The notes below the pieces were generated by a model that did no database searches, was not told where the DNA came from, and saw only the letters and a list, made by a program, of their open reading frames with translations. From Candidatus Phaeomarinibacter sp. (GTDB taxonomy: Bacteria > Pseudomonadota > Alphaproteobacteria > CGMCC-115125), in assembly GCA_050042885.1 (NCBI GenBank), contig JBHJJF010000009.1:25000-88999 (forward strand): a stretch of DNA of 64,000 bases, read 5' to 3'. Made by a program: the position numbers and the translations under genes. Position 1 is the first letter of the stretch. Every line of letters begins with the position of its first letter. Below, in pieces: positions 19,638 to 29,629 of this stretch.

Positions 19638-20268
19638 TTGAGCGATCCTCCTCGATCCTCGCTTATGTAGACGTATTTGACGTGCGAGGAGGATAAGGAG
19701 CCCCATTATTCGGAGCATGTTCCCTGTCCCCCCGGCCAGTCAGCATCCCTCGCGCATAGACCACTGGATGCCCGCATGGGAGTCAACCCGATTGTGACTG
19801 AATATGACGGGCGCATAACATCATTGGGTTCGGGTATGGCTTTTTGGTCACGTTTTGAGCAGTCTAATTAACCTTCTGGCAATGTTTGGCGTCTTGTTGC
19901 AGTGCAATAATTCTACATATTCAGTCGCTTAGCTCGTCAGCTATCCGGAGACTTTGCCGAATCAAAACTGCCGCTTTTTGCATCATTTACCTATGCAGAT
20001 CGGCAACATGTTGCCAAAAACACACGCAATGCGTGCGGCTGGTGCGCTCCGCAATGACACCGCGCGGGGCGCTGAATGGTGCCGACATGCGAGACCACCG
20101 AAGCGACGGTTTACCTGGTCTTCAGTCTCACCTGTGCACCGTCTAGTGAACGCCCCAGATCCAGCTGATCTGGCTCGTTGCCAAATGATCCGGCGAAGGC
20201 TGAGTTTTGTCGAGTTACGGTTTGGATAGACAAGACACCCGGACCTGGCTGCATACGAGGAAACCGAG

Positions 20269-21612
20269 ATGACGAGCGACACAACAACAAAAACACTGTC
20301 CCGGCTTGTCTCAGCCAGCATCGCTGTTCTCGCAATCGCGGCACTCCCCGGCATGGCGCATGGCCAGCCAACGGCGCCTGCGCAGGCTGCAGCGCCTGAC
20401 GCACAAAGCCCCGCACCCGAAATGACCAAGGCTGCCGATGCCTATACGGCTATTCAGCAAGCCCTGATGCTGGCGGAGCCCGGTGCGGTGATCGAGCTCG
20501 GCCCCGGCCGCTATGAACTCACCGAAGGCCTGTCCCTCAATGTGGACGATGTCACCATCAAGGGTGCTGGCATGGATGCAACAATCCTCTCGTTCCGCAA
20601 TCAGGAAAGCGGCGCCGAAGGCTTGCTCGTCCAGGCCTCCGGCGTGACTCTGATGGATTTCGCGGTCGAAGACGCCAAGGGCGATGCCATCAAGGTCATC
20701 GGCGCCGATGGCATCTCATTCATCCGTGTCCGTACCGAATGGACCAATGGCCCTGATCCACTAAACGGCGCCTACGGACTTTATCCGGTTGCCTCGAAAA
20801 ATGTCCTGATTGACGGCGCCATCGCGCGCGGGGCATCCGACGCGGGCATCTATGTCGGGCAGTCAGACAACATTATCGTTCGCAACTCGCTGGCGGAATA
20901 CAACGTCGCGGGCATCGAGATTGAAAACAGCTATGTCGCGGACGTCCATGACAATATCGCCCGCCACAACACGGGCGGCGTTCTCGTCTTCGACCTTCCC
21001 GGCCTTCCCCAGCAGGGCGGACACTCCGTGCGGGTGTTCGACAACACCATCGTCGACAACGACACGCCGAACTTTGCCCCCCCGGGCAACATCGTCGGCG
21101 GTGTTCCCATGGGCACCGGCGTCATGGTCATGGCCAACTCAATGGTGGAGGTTTTCGACAACGAGATAGCCAACAATGGAACCGCTGGCGTTCTGATCGT
21201 TGCCTACCCAAACGAGTTTGACGATGAGACCTACTATCCGTACCCGGAAGGGATTTCAGTCCACAGCAATAACTTCGCCAACAACGGTTCAGCACCCGAC
21301 AATGAGATCGGCGACCTCGTCGCCTCCATTTCAGGCACACCGGTGCCCGACATTGTGTGGGATGGAAACATTCCCCTCTGGCACTACTTCACCGGCATCC
21401 CGGAAAATCGCGGCATATACATCGGCGACAACACCAACGGCGCGACGGACAATGGCAAGGCGAGCTTCATCGCCCTGGATGTCATCGCCTATTTCACCTG
21501 GAGTTGGTTCCACGCGCCCAGCCACGAGTTGCCGCAACATGCAGGCAGCCCACCCAGCCTTTCCGGCGCCAGCCTTCCGGTGACATCCACCGCATCGCGC
21601 GAGGCCCGGTAG
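20269..21612 (+). CDS. Secreted parallel beta-helix repeat protein (TIGR03805-like)
   Basis: Signal peptide; NGAYGLYPV, GASDAGIYVGQS, NVAGIEIENS, NTGGVLVFDLP. Confidence 0.88.
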   Translation: MTSDTTTKTLSRLVSASIAVLAIAALPGMAHGQPTAPAQAAAPDAQSPAPEMTKAADAYTAIQQALMLAEPGAVIELGPGRYELTEGLSLNVDDVTIKGAGMDATILSFRNQESGAEGLLVQASGVTLMDFAVEDAKGDAIKVIGADGISFIRVRTEWTNGPDPLNGAYGLYPVASKNVLIDGAIARGASDAGIYVGQSDNIIVRNSLAEYNVAGIEIENSYVADVHDNIARHNTGGVLVFDLPGLPQQGGHSVRVFDNTIVDNDTPNFAPPGNIVGGVPMGTGVMVMANSMVEVFDNEIANNGTAGVLIVAYPNEFDDETYYPYPEGISVHSNNFANNGSAPDNEIGDLVASISGTPVPDIVWDGNIPLWHYFTGIPENRGIYIGDNTNGATDNGKASFIALDVIAYFTWSWFHAPSHELPQHAGSPPSLSGASLPVTSTASREAR

Positions 21613-21614
21613 TC

Positions 21615-22688
21615 GTGCCCCTGAAGCACCTTTCCGCTGGGCTGTTCGTTGCCAGTCTCGCCTTGGCGAACGCAGCGCATGCAGAAATCAATGCGGACGC
21701 CATTACCGGTGGCAAGCCGCCAGCGGTGCTATCAGATTTTGGTTTCTTTGATGACCTGCCAGCGCAGACACCTGCCGAAGGCGTGCTGCCCTATGACCTG
21801 ATCACACCACTCTTCACGGACTACGCAGAGAAACTCCGCTTCGTGTATGTGCCCGAAGGCGAAGCCGCGCCCTACAACCCGGACGACGTATTCGACCTGC
21901 CCGTCGGCGCGGCCCTTATCAAGACGTTCGCCCACCCTGAAGACGCCCGCGCGCCGACCAAAAATCTTCGGCTCATCGAGACGCGCATCCTGGCGCACAC
22001 GCCCAAGGGCTGGCGCACCTACCCCTATGTGTGGAACGCAGACATGACAGATGCGTCTCTATCCCCCCTGGGTGCCAAGATGGATGTGTCCTGGATCACG
22101 ACAGAGGGCACCAGCCGCACCATTCGATACGCCGTGCCCAACATGAACCAGTGCCGCTCCTGCCACGTCAAAGGCACAGGCCGCGACCGCACAACGACAC
22201 CCATCGGCCCGGAAGCAAAAAACCTCAACCATGATTATCAGTATACAGATGGACCAGTTAACCAGCTGACCAGATGGTCCCAGGTGGGCATCCTGACCGG
22301 TGCACCCGAAAACCCGGACGATGCCCCACGCCTTGCCAGATGGGATGACGAGACCCTGCCTCTTGACGCCCGCGCACGCGGCTACCTCGACATCAACTGC
22401 GCCCATTGTCATGCACCTGACGGCCCGGCACACACGTCCGGTCTGTATCTGGATACCCGTGCGGACAGGCCGATCCAATATGGCGTATTCAAGCGCCCGG
22501 TTGCAGCCGGCCGCGGGTCCGGCGGCCACGAGTTTTCCATAAATCCGGGCGACCCGGACAGCTCCATTATCGTCTACCGCATGGATTCGACCGACCCCGG
22601 CATCATGATGCCGGAACTGGGCCGGTCCACTATCCACCATGAAGGCGTTGCCCTGCTGCGCGAGTGGATTGCCAGCATGGAAGAATAG
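21615..22688 (+). CDS. SO2930-family diheme c-type cytochrome (TIGR03806-like)
   Basis: Signal peptide; LFTDYAEKLR, CRSCH and CAHCH heme motifs, MMPELGR. Confidence 0.88.
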   Translation: MPLKHLSAGLFVASLALANAAHAEINADAITGGKPPAVLSDFGFFDDLPAQTPAEGVLPYDLITPLFTDYAEKLRFVYVPEGEAAPYNPDDVFDLPVGAALIKTFAHPEDARAPTKNLRLIETRILAHTPKGWRTYPYVWNADMTDASLSPLGAKMDVSWITTEGTSRTIRYAVPNMNQCRSCHVKGTGRDRTTTPIGPEAKNLNHDYQYTDGPVNQLTRWSQVGILTGAPENPDDAPRLARWDDETLPLDARARGYLDINCAHCHAPDGPAHTSGLYLDTRADRPIQYGVFKRPVAAGRGSGGHEFSINPGDPDSSIIVYRMDSTDPGIMMPELGRSTIHHEGVALLREWIASMEE

Positions 22689-22747
22689 CGATCCGGCCCG
22701 CGGTGACCTATATGTCCTCCTGAACAGTTGATCAGGAGTGACAGACC

Positions 22748-23914
22748 ATGACCGGTGCCAGCTACGACATGCTGCGTGTGGAGCGCGTAACCCTGGGCCG
22801 CGACGCTGCGGAAACTGCAGCAGCGGAAATGGACCGGATCGGCGCCAAACGTGCCCTCATCATCTCGTCCGGCACCCTGGCCCGCGAGACAAGTGAGATT
22901 GAATCCATTCAGTCCGCGCTGGGTGACAAGGCAGCCGGCCTCTTCACCAGCTGCCGCGCGCACTCTCCGCAGGATGACGCCCTCGCTGTGGCGGAGGCCG
23001 CCCGGACCGCAGACGCCGATATCTTCATCACAGTCGGCGGTGGCACTAGCTTCGACACCTTCTAGGTCGCGCAGCTCTGCGTCTCGGATGACATTCATGA
23101 CCTCGACGCCCTGGGCCAGTACGCCCTGGGCCGCGCCGGGGTGAAAGACCTCAAGACCTGCGGGCCGGTGTACAAGCGCCAGATCGCCATCCCGACAACC
23201 CTCTCCGCTGCGGAATTCACAGCGCTTGGTGGTGCCACCAACATCGACACGCGTGTCAAGGAAGCCTTCACGGCACCGGATTTTGTCGCCCGAAGCATCA
23301 TCTATGACCCGCGCCTGTGCACCAACACGCCGATGGATCTATGGCTTTCCACCGGAATCAGGTCCGTTGACCACGCGGTTGAGGGCTACTGCGCAAAAGC
23401 TGCAAGCCCTGCCATCAAGGGCAGTTTCGTGCAAAGCCTGAAAATGCTCGCCCGCTCCCTTCGCACGACGGCCATTGACCCAAATGACCTGACGGCGCGT
23501 CTCAACAGCCAGGAGGCACTGTGGCTGGGATCAATGGGGCGATCCTATGTCACCATGGGGGCAAGCCATGGACTGGGATACATTCTCGGCGGCGCGTTCG
23601 GCGTGCCCCATGGGGTTACGTCCTGCGTGATGCTGCCTGCGGTCGTCGAGTGGAACGCCGACACCATCGGCAGGGAAGGCCGGACCGAGCTGGCGCAAGC
23701 CCTGAGCGGGAAAGCTTCCGACGACCCCGCCGATCTGCTGCGCACCCTGATGGAAGATCTGGGCCAGCCACATACACTCGCTGCCGTCGGCATCAAGGAG
23801 AGCGACTGGCAAAAGATTGCCGACATGGCCATGCAGAACTTCGTCGTGCTCTCCAACCCACGCACCATATCGGGTCCAGATGATGTGTTTGAAATCCTGA
23901 AGATCGCTGCTTGA
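22748..23914 (+). pseudogene. Iron-containing alcohol dehydrogenase / maleylacetate reductase family with in-frame TAG at 23063-23065
   Basis: GGGTSFDTF*V where the family has GGGSxxDxxK; continues in frame to IPTTLSAAEFT, DHAVE, SHGLG, VPHG. May be a sequencing error rather than a true pseudogene. Confidence 0.75.
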
Positions 23915-23973
23915 ACCGCCGGCGATTTTGCGCACCCCTTCCCCCGCGCTAGACTGGCGGCGGAGGGAAGTCC

Positions 23974-24294
23974 ATGGCTGCACGCCTCATACGCAGAACC
24001 AAGGCACGTCGCCCTAAAAGATCACTGCTCGCCGCAGAACGCGCGAAACGCGATCTTGCCGCCCGCGAGTCCGGTCTCGTTGTCCCGATCAGCAAGTGGC
24101 TCGGCCATAACAATGGCCCTGAACTGCTGTCTCCCACCGCCTATCTCAAATATGTCTGGCGCAAAGCCTATGATGCGGCATGGGATGAACCCAATGCGGA
24201 CATCGTGCATCTGCGCCTGAAACGCGCAGCCGCTTTGGGTCTCTCATACAATGACTACACGCTCGAGCTGCTCGAACGCGGCTACTTCGCTTAA
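23974..24294 (+). CDS. Hypothetical protein (GHNNGP motif)
   Basis: GGAGG RBS; LGHNNGP and RAAALGLSYNDYTLE. Confidence 0.65.
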   Translation: MAARLIRRTKARRPKRSLLAAERAKRDLAARESGLVVPISKWLGHNNGPELLSPTAYLKYVWRKAYDAAWDEPNADIVHLRLKRAAALGLSYNDYTLELLERGYFA

Positions 24295-24418
24295 CGCGCA
24301 GCAAAGCATCCCCGGAAGACAGCACCGGACCACCAGCCTGTGCTACAGATGTCCCTGACAGAAAAAAGGCCGAGAGCAAACCGGCCGGAGCCAACAAAAA
24401 CACGACAGGGGAACGAAG

Positions 24419-24838
24419 ATGACCAATACAGCAACCGGCGGCTGCCTTTGCGGCGATATAACCTACTCATTTGATCGCGATCAGGTGGTCTCAAGCCATC
24501 ACTGCCATTGCAAGGACTGCCAGAAGTCCACCGGCAGCGGCAAGGCGACAATCGTGTTTGTGCCATCTGCGGCAGTCGACATGAAGGGTGACCTCAAAAC
24601 CTACACGGTGCAGGGAACAGCCGGCAGCCACGTCAAGCGCGGCTTCTGCGGCAAGTGTGGCTCACCCCTTGTGAGCTTCATCGAGGAAAATCCCGGCCTC
24701 ACCATCGTCAAGGCCGGGTCCCTGTCCGACAGCAGCTGGGTGTCTGTCGCCTCCAGCTTCTGGTCTGACTCCGCCCAGCCCTGGTCACCGGTTGACCCCA
24801 CCTGTGACTCCGTTCCCCAGAACCCCGCCATGGGTTAG
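24419..24838 (+). CDS. GFA (CENP-V-like) Zn-binding protein
   Basis: GGCLCG, CHCKDCQK, FCGKCGS. Confidence 0.92.
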   Translation: MTNTATGGCLCGDITYSFDRDQVVSSHHCHCKDCQKSTGSGKATIVFVPSAAVDMKGDLKTYTVQGTAGSHVKRGFCGKCGSPLVSFIEENPGLTIVKAGSLSDSSWVSVASSFWSDSAQPWSPVDPTCDSVPQNPAMG

Positions 24839-24881
24839 CGAACCGCACATAAGGCAGGCAGAGACGGCAAGGACAATACCC

Positions 24882-26615
24882 ATGACTCACGACCTCATCA
24901 TCCGCGGCGGCACCATCGCTGACGGTACCGGCGACGCCACATTTACTGGCGACATCGCCATCAAGGACGACGTGATCGCCGAAGTCGGCAATGTCATCGG
25001 AACAGCTGCGCGCGAAATTGATGCCAGTGGTGCATTGGTGACACCGGGCTGGGTCGATATCCACACCCACTATGATGCCCAGGCCACATGGGACACAGCG
25101 CTTGCGCCTTCTTCCTGGCATGGCGTCACAACGGCCGTCATGGGCAATTGCGGTGTCGGCTTTGCCCCCGCAGCGCCGGACAAGCACGACTGGCTCATCG
25201 GTCTGATGGAAGGCGTGGAAGACATTCCCGGCGCCGCCATGACCGAGGGCCTCACATGGGGCTGGGAAAGTTTCCCCGGTTATCTTGATGCTCTGGACCG
25301 CCATAATTACGCGATCGACATCGCCGCCCAGGTGCCTCATGGCGCCGTGCGCGGCTATGTCATGGGCGAACGCGGCGCCAGGAACGAAGAAGCCAGCGAC
25401 GAAGACATCGCGCACATGGCGCAGATCGTTGAAGACGGCGTGCGCGCGGGGGCCGTCGGCTTTTCCACCTCCCGCACCTTCCTGCACAAGGCCACCGACG
25501 GCGAGTACGTGCCCGGTACCTTCGCCAAGGAAGACGAACTCTTCGGCATCGGCCATGCGCTCAAGCGCGCGGGCCACGGCGTTTTCCAGATGACCTCCAA
25601 CCACAAGGACATGGACAAGGAGTTTGACTGGATGGAGCGCATGGCGCGTGACCTGGGCGTCACCGTCACCTTCAACCTGGTGCAGACCGATGAAGCACCC
25701 GAACTCTGGAAAAAGATGCTCGGCCTCCTCGACAAGGTGGAGACGGACGACCTGCCGCTCTACGCACAGGTCGCCGGACGTCCGGCGGGCATTCTCATGG
25801 GCTGGGAATGTACCGTGCATCCCTTCATCGCTTTCCCAAGCTGGACGGAACTCGCCGCCCTGTCACCGGAAGACCGCCGCATGCGCGTCGCCGACCCGGA
25901 ATTCCGCACACGGATGATCAGCGAAACACCAGCCGACATGCAGGGGTTCGGCCTTTTTGTAACCCGCAGCTTTGAAAAGATGTTCGTGCTGGATTCAGGC
26001 GATGGGTCTGCGCCTGACTACGAACCCGCGCCTGAGCAAAGCGTCGCCGCAATCGCCAACGCACAGGGCATCAAGCCGGAACAGGTGATCTATGACGCCA
26101 TGTGCGCCAATGGCGGAGAAGGTCTGCTCTACTTCCCGCTGTTCAACTACACGTCCAGCGCCATGGACCCGATCCACACCATGCTGCAGCACCCGCGCAC
26201 AAACATTGGCCTGGGCGACGGCGGCGCGCATTGTGGCGCCATATGCGATGCCTCCATCCCCACCTTCATGCTGACCCACTGGGTGAAAGGCCGCACACGC
26301 GGTGACAAGCTGCCGCTGGAGTTCATCGTCAAACGTCAGACCCGCGACACGGCCCTGCTATATGGCTTCGCAGACCGCGGCCTCCTCAAGCCGGGCATGA
26401 AGGCCGACATCAACATCATCGACCTCGACAAGTTGGCAATCCCCGCTCCCCACATGGCGCATGATTTGCCGGCAAACGGCAGGCGTCTGGTGCAGGAAGC
26501 GACGGGCTACATAGCCACGCTCAAGTCAGGTGCCGTGACATTTGAGAATGGTGTGGATACAGGCGCACGACCGGGCGGGCTCCTGCGTGGTCCACAGACA
26601 ATCCGAACATTTTAA
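24882..26615 (+). CDS. Amidohydrolase (N-acyl-D-amino-acid deacylase family)
   Basis: [35 protein letters not shown]. Confidence 0.92.
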   Translation: MTHDLIIRGGTIADGTGDATFTGDIAIKDDVIAEVGNVIGTAAREIDASGALVTPGWVDIHTHYDAQATWDTALAPSSWHGVTTAVMGNCGVGFAPAAPDKHDWLIGLMEGVEDIPGAAMTEGLTWGWESFPGYLDALDRHNYAIDIAAQVPHGAVRGYVMGERGARNEEASDEDIAHMAQIVEDGVRAGAVGFSTSRTFLHKATDGEYVPGTFAKEDELFGIGHALKRAGHGVFQMTSNHKDMDKEFDWMERMARDLGVTVTFNLVQTDEAPELWKKMLGLLDKVETDDLPLYAQVAGRPAGILMGWECTVHPFIAFPSWTELAALSPEDRRMRVADPEFRTRMISETPADMQGFGLFVTRSFEKMFVLDSGDGSAPDYEPAPEQSVAAIANAQGIKPEQVIYDAMCANGGEGLLYFPLFNYTSSAMDPIHTMLQHPRTNIGLGDGGAHCGAICDASIPTFMLTHWVKGRTRGDKLPLEFIVKRQTRDTALLYGFADRGLLKPGMKADINIIDLDKLAIPAPHMAHDLPANGRRLVQEATGYIATLKSGAVTFENGVDTGARPGGLLRGPQTIRTF

Positions 26616-26625
26616 GGGGATGAAC

Positions 26626-27579
26626 ATGCCTAAAGGAACGGTATGCGTCATCGGAAGTAGCGGTTTCGTCGGGTCACATGTTACCGCTGCCTTCCTGCAA
26701 AAAGGCTATGACGTCCGCGGCACGGTTCGTGAGAGCGGACGGCACCCATGGCTGGAGTCAGCCCTCATCGCCGGAGCGGCCGAAGGCGCCACCCTGACAC
26801 TTGTCCAAGCTAACCCCCAGGACCAAGCAAGTCTGGTTGGCGCATTGGACGGCTGCTCTGGTCTGGTCAACTGCGTCGGCTTGACAAAGCAGGAGATGGC
26901 CACGGTTGATTTCATGCAGGCGATCGCAGGCACGATCTGTGATGCTGCGCTTGAGGCCGGCGTTCGTCACGCGGTCTTCACCTCCTCCACAGGATCCACA
27001 AACCCGCCCGGCGGCGACCCGGTCGAAAAACGTGAGATGGACCACTGGTCAGACGACACAGAGCAACTGGCGGTCAACAAGTTCGCGGCGGCGGCAAAGA
27101 CGCGGTACGACCGAACCATTCTGGCCAGGTCAGAGGCATCAAACGGGCGCCTGCGGTGCGCCACCATCAACCCTTCCATGATCACCGGCCCCACGCTGGG
27201 TCCCAAGCCCAACTCGGGTCATCGTGCCTTTGCCACGATCCTCAAGGGCGAGCGCATGGGTGAGAGCATTCCCAATGGATCCATGTCGATGATCGATGTC
27301 CGCGACCTTGCAGCACTCCACGTGGCTGCGCTGGAAAAAGAAGACGCTGAGGGCCGGTACTTCGGCGTCAAGCGCAGCTGGCACTGGCGCGACATCCTCG
27401 CCGCCCTTGCCGATGTGGTCTCTGGCTACACACCACCCCCTTGGGACCCCGACGTGGCGCCCGCCACGCCGACAGCATTCGACACCTCTCGCCGCGACAG
27501 CCTTGGCGTGGAATTACGCGATCTGCACCACATGCTGGAGGACATGGTCGCCGACGTAAAACGGCATGGGTTGATCTAG
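26626..27579 (+). CDS. NAD-dependent epimerase/dehydratase family protein
   Basis: GSSGFVG, INPSMITGP, IDVRDLA; catalytic YxxxK appears as FAAAK. Confidence 0.85.
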   Translation: MPKGTVCVIGSSGFVGSHVTAAFLQKGYDVRGTVRESGRHPWLESALIAGAAEGATLTLVQANPQDQASLVGALDGCSGLVNCVGLTKQEMATVDFMQAIAGTICDAALEAGVRHAVFTSSTGSTNPPGGDPVEKREMDHWSDDTEQLAVNKFAAAAKTRYDRTILARSEASNGRLRCATINPSMITGPTLGPKPNSGHRAFATILKGERMGESIPNGSMSMIDVRDLAALHVAALEKEDAEGRYFGVKRSWHWRDILAALADVVSGYTPPPWDPDVAPATPTAFDTSRRDSLGVELRDLHHMLEDMVADVKRHGLI

Positions 27580-27632
27580 CAACCTCGACCAGCCGTTGGA
27601 TGTCCACACCATCTTACGCTCGCCACAATCGA

Positions 27633-28097
27633 CTATTTTCCCATCAGGGCAAACAGCTTGGACCGCACTTCGTCGCGATAATAGTCCGGCACCCGCAACA
27701 GATTTGACGCGCGGTTCATGAGGTTTTCCTCAAACACATCCACCTTGCCGTCAGCGGCCACAATCTCGAACATCATTTCAAGCACACTGATGCGCCCGTC
27801 CCTGTCCATCTGCTCGGTCACAACATTGGTGAACTTGAAGAGGTCCGTCGCGTCCCGCTCCGCCACCTTGGCTTCGTTGAACAGATCTTCCGCTTCCCGG
27901 TTCGACAGATCGAATTTGCCCTTGAGAAGATCGACGAGCTTCATCGCTTCCTCAATGGTTTCTTCCCCATCGATGACAAGAGACCGGACCAGCAATGTGG
28001 CAATCGCCTTTTGCAGCTGCTGGTCTTCAGCCGCGCCATCCTCCTCATCACCCACCAGGGATTTGAAGCGGGCGGTAATGTCATCGAGAAAACCCAT
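27633..28097 (-). CDS. TerB family tellurite-resistance-like protein
   Basis: IDGEETIEE and ADGKVDVFEE acidic motifs. Confidence 0.85.
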   Translation of the reverse strand: MGFLDDITARFKSLVGDEEDGAAEDQQLQKAIATLLVRSLVIDGEETIEEAMKLVDLLKGKFDLSNREAEDLFNEAKVAERDATDLFKFTNVVTEQMDRDGRISVLEMMFEIVAADGKVDVFEENLMNRASNLLRVPDYYRDEVRSKLFALMGK

Positions 28098-28241
28098 GGG
28101 ACGCACTTCCTTCTGCCGTGAGGCATGAGTGATTGGATCGCGCCACATATAGGAGGATTCTTGACGGCGGTCAGGTGCAAAGTAGCAAATCGCCCCGTCC
28201 GGACCGGCGTCACACAAACACTTCTGGTTGAAGGAGGCCGG

Positions 28242-28317
28242 TGGTGCCGCTTGGGTGACTTGAACACCCGACCCCGTCATTACGAATGACGTGCTCTACC
28301 AGCTGAGCTAAAGCGGC
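28242..28317 (-). tRNA. tRNA-Thr (anticodon CGT)
   Basis: GCCGCTTTAGCTCAGCTGGTAGAGCACGTCATTCGTAATGACGGGGTCGGGTGTTCAAGTCACCCAAGCGGCACCA; 76 nt cloverleaf with encoded CCA. Confidence 0.97.
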
Positions 28318-28488
28318 TTACCGTTTGGGGCCTTGGCAGACAAGGCCTCACCAGCGGGCGCGGAAGATAGGGGGAATAGAGCCGGATCGCAAGCCATCCG
28401 GGCCGACCTTTTTCCCTGCTTCCACACTGATATCTACCCCATCGGAATTAACACATCGTTGGGCGGTTCGAGCGGGCCGGTGCGGCTT

Positions 28489-29586
28489 TTACTCGGCAGC
28501 CGCAGCAGGCGCCTCAGTTTCTTCAGCATCGGCCTCAGGCGTCATCTCAACGGTCAAAGACCCGTCATCTTCGACTGTGACGGTTGCTTCCAGAGCCGGC
28601 ATGACGGGGGCCTCCTCCGCAGCGCCAGCATTGCCTGACATAAAGGCCCGCACATCGCCGGCGCTTACCTCAGCCACTTCTTCCATCGGGATGTGGCCCA
28701 CATTCTCGTAGATCACCAGGGTGGAATTGGGCAGCAGCTCATCAAACCGCTGGCCAACGGACACCGGAATGAGCGGGTCCTTGTCGCCCCACATGACGAG
28801 CGTCGGCACATCGAGGGCTTGAACGACCTCATCCGGCACCGGATCACGGGGCGTGCCAAAGCGCTTGAACGTCGCCAGGCGCGTTCCCTCCATCACGTTG
28901 AGCTCGTAATACAGTGTGATCATGTCTTCGGTGACGATCGACTTGTCGACAAAGACGCTGTTGAGCGAATTGGCAAACAGCGAGCGCGGCGTGATGATCT
29001 CCAGCAGATCACCGATGATCGGCATGCGGACCAGAGAAAACGCCCAGGACGCACTGCCGCTGGAGGTTTCCGATGCGTCTCTCTTGATTCCTGCGGCACA
29101 GACAAGAATGAGACCCTCAAGGTCTTCGGGATACTCAACCGCGTAGTTAAGGGCCACGGCCCCGCCCATGGAGTTGCCGCCCAGCGTGAATGTCTCGATG
29201 CCCAGCTTGCGCACCGTCTCCCGCGTGAAGGCCGCCATGCCCTTGACCGAATAGTCTTCGTCCGGCGTCGCCCCGGTGAGGCCGTGCGCCGGCATGTCCA
29301 AGGTGATGATGCGATAGGTATCGCCCAGAGCAGCCACCCAGGGTTCCCACGTCTGGAGCGCAGCGTTGGAGCCGTGCACCAGCACCAGGACGTCACCGTC
29401 CGGGTTGCCCTGATCGCGCACATGGGCGACAGCACCTGACCTTAGTTCAATGAACTGCGACGCCTCGTTGGCGTATTTCGCCTGAAGCTCATCCCGCGGG
29501 ATGTCGAACTGAACCCAGGCAGCGGCAATGACCGCCACCGCAATAAAAATCAACGCCACAACGCCGAGCAAAATTCGTTTCAGCAT
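28489..29586 (-). CDS. Membrane-anchored alpha/beta hydrolase (lipase/esterase)
   Basis: N-terminal TM, HGS, GNSMGG nucleophile elbow, WGDKD, GHIPMEE. Confidence 0.92.
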   Translation of the reverse strand: MLKRILLGVVALIFIAVAVIAAAWVQFDIPRDELQAKYANEASQFIELRSGAVAHVRDQGNPDGDVLVLVHGSNAALQTWEPWVAALGDTYRIITLDMPAHGLTGATPDEDYSVKGMAAFTRETVRKLGIETFTLGGNSMGGAVALNYAVEYPEDLEGLILVCAAGIKRDASETSSGSASWAFSLVRMPIIGDLLEIITPRSLFANSLNSVFVDKSIVTEDMITLYYELNVMEGTRLATFKRFGTPRDPVPDEVVQALDVPTLVMWGDKDPLIPVSVGQRFDELLPNSTLVIYENVGHIPMEEVAEVSAGDVRAFMSGNAGAAEEAPVMPALEATVTVEDDGSLTVEMTPEADAEETEAPAAAAE

Positions 29587-29629
29587 GGTTTCCCCCTCAC
29601 GCCGGTTGCATCTCTGGCAATAGAATTCC

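Noticed and set aside
19887-19901. Sigma-54 promoter-like TGGCGTCTTGTTGCA
   Set aside because: GG-to-GC spacing is 9 nt rather than the required 10
24708-25820. Long antisense ORFs (e.g. 24708-25820, 29927-30949, 33423-34445, 498-1403)
   Set aside because: Shadow frames of well-supported genes in GC-rich DNA, with no motifs
27633-28097. TerB as part of a ter stress/defence operon
   Set aside because: Solo gene; no other ter genes nearby
28242-28317. tRNA-Thr as an integration site for a genomic island
   Set aside because: No integrase and no duplicated tRNA 3' end seen in the window
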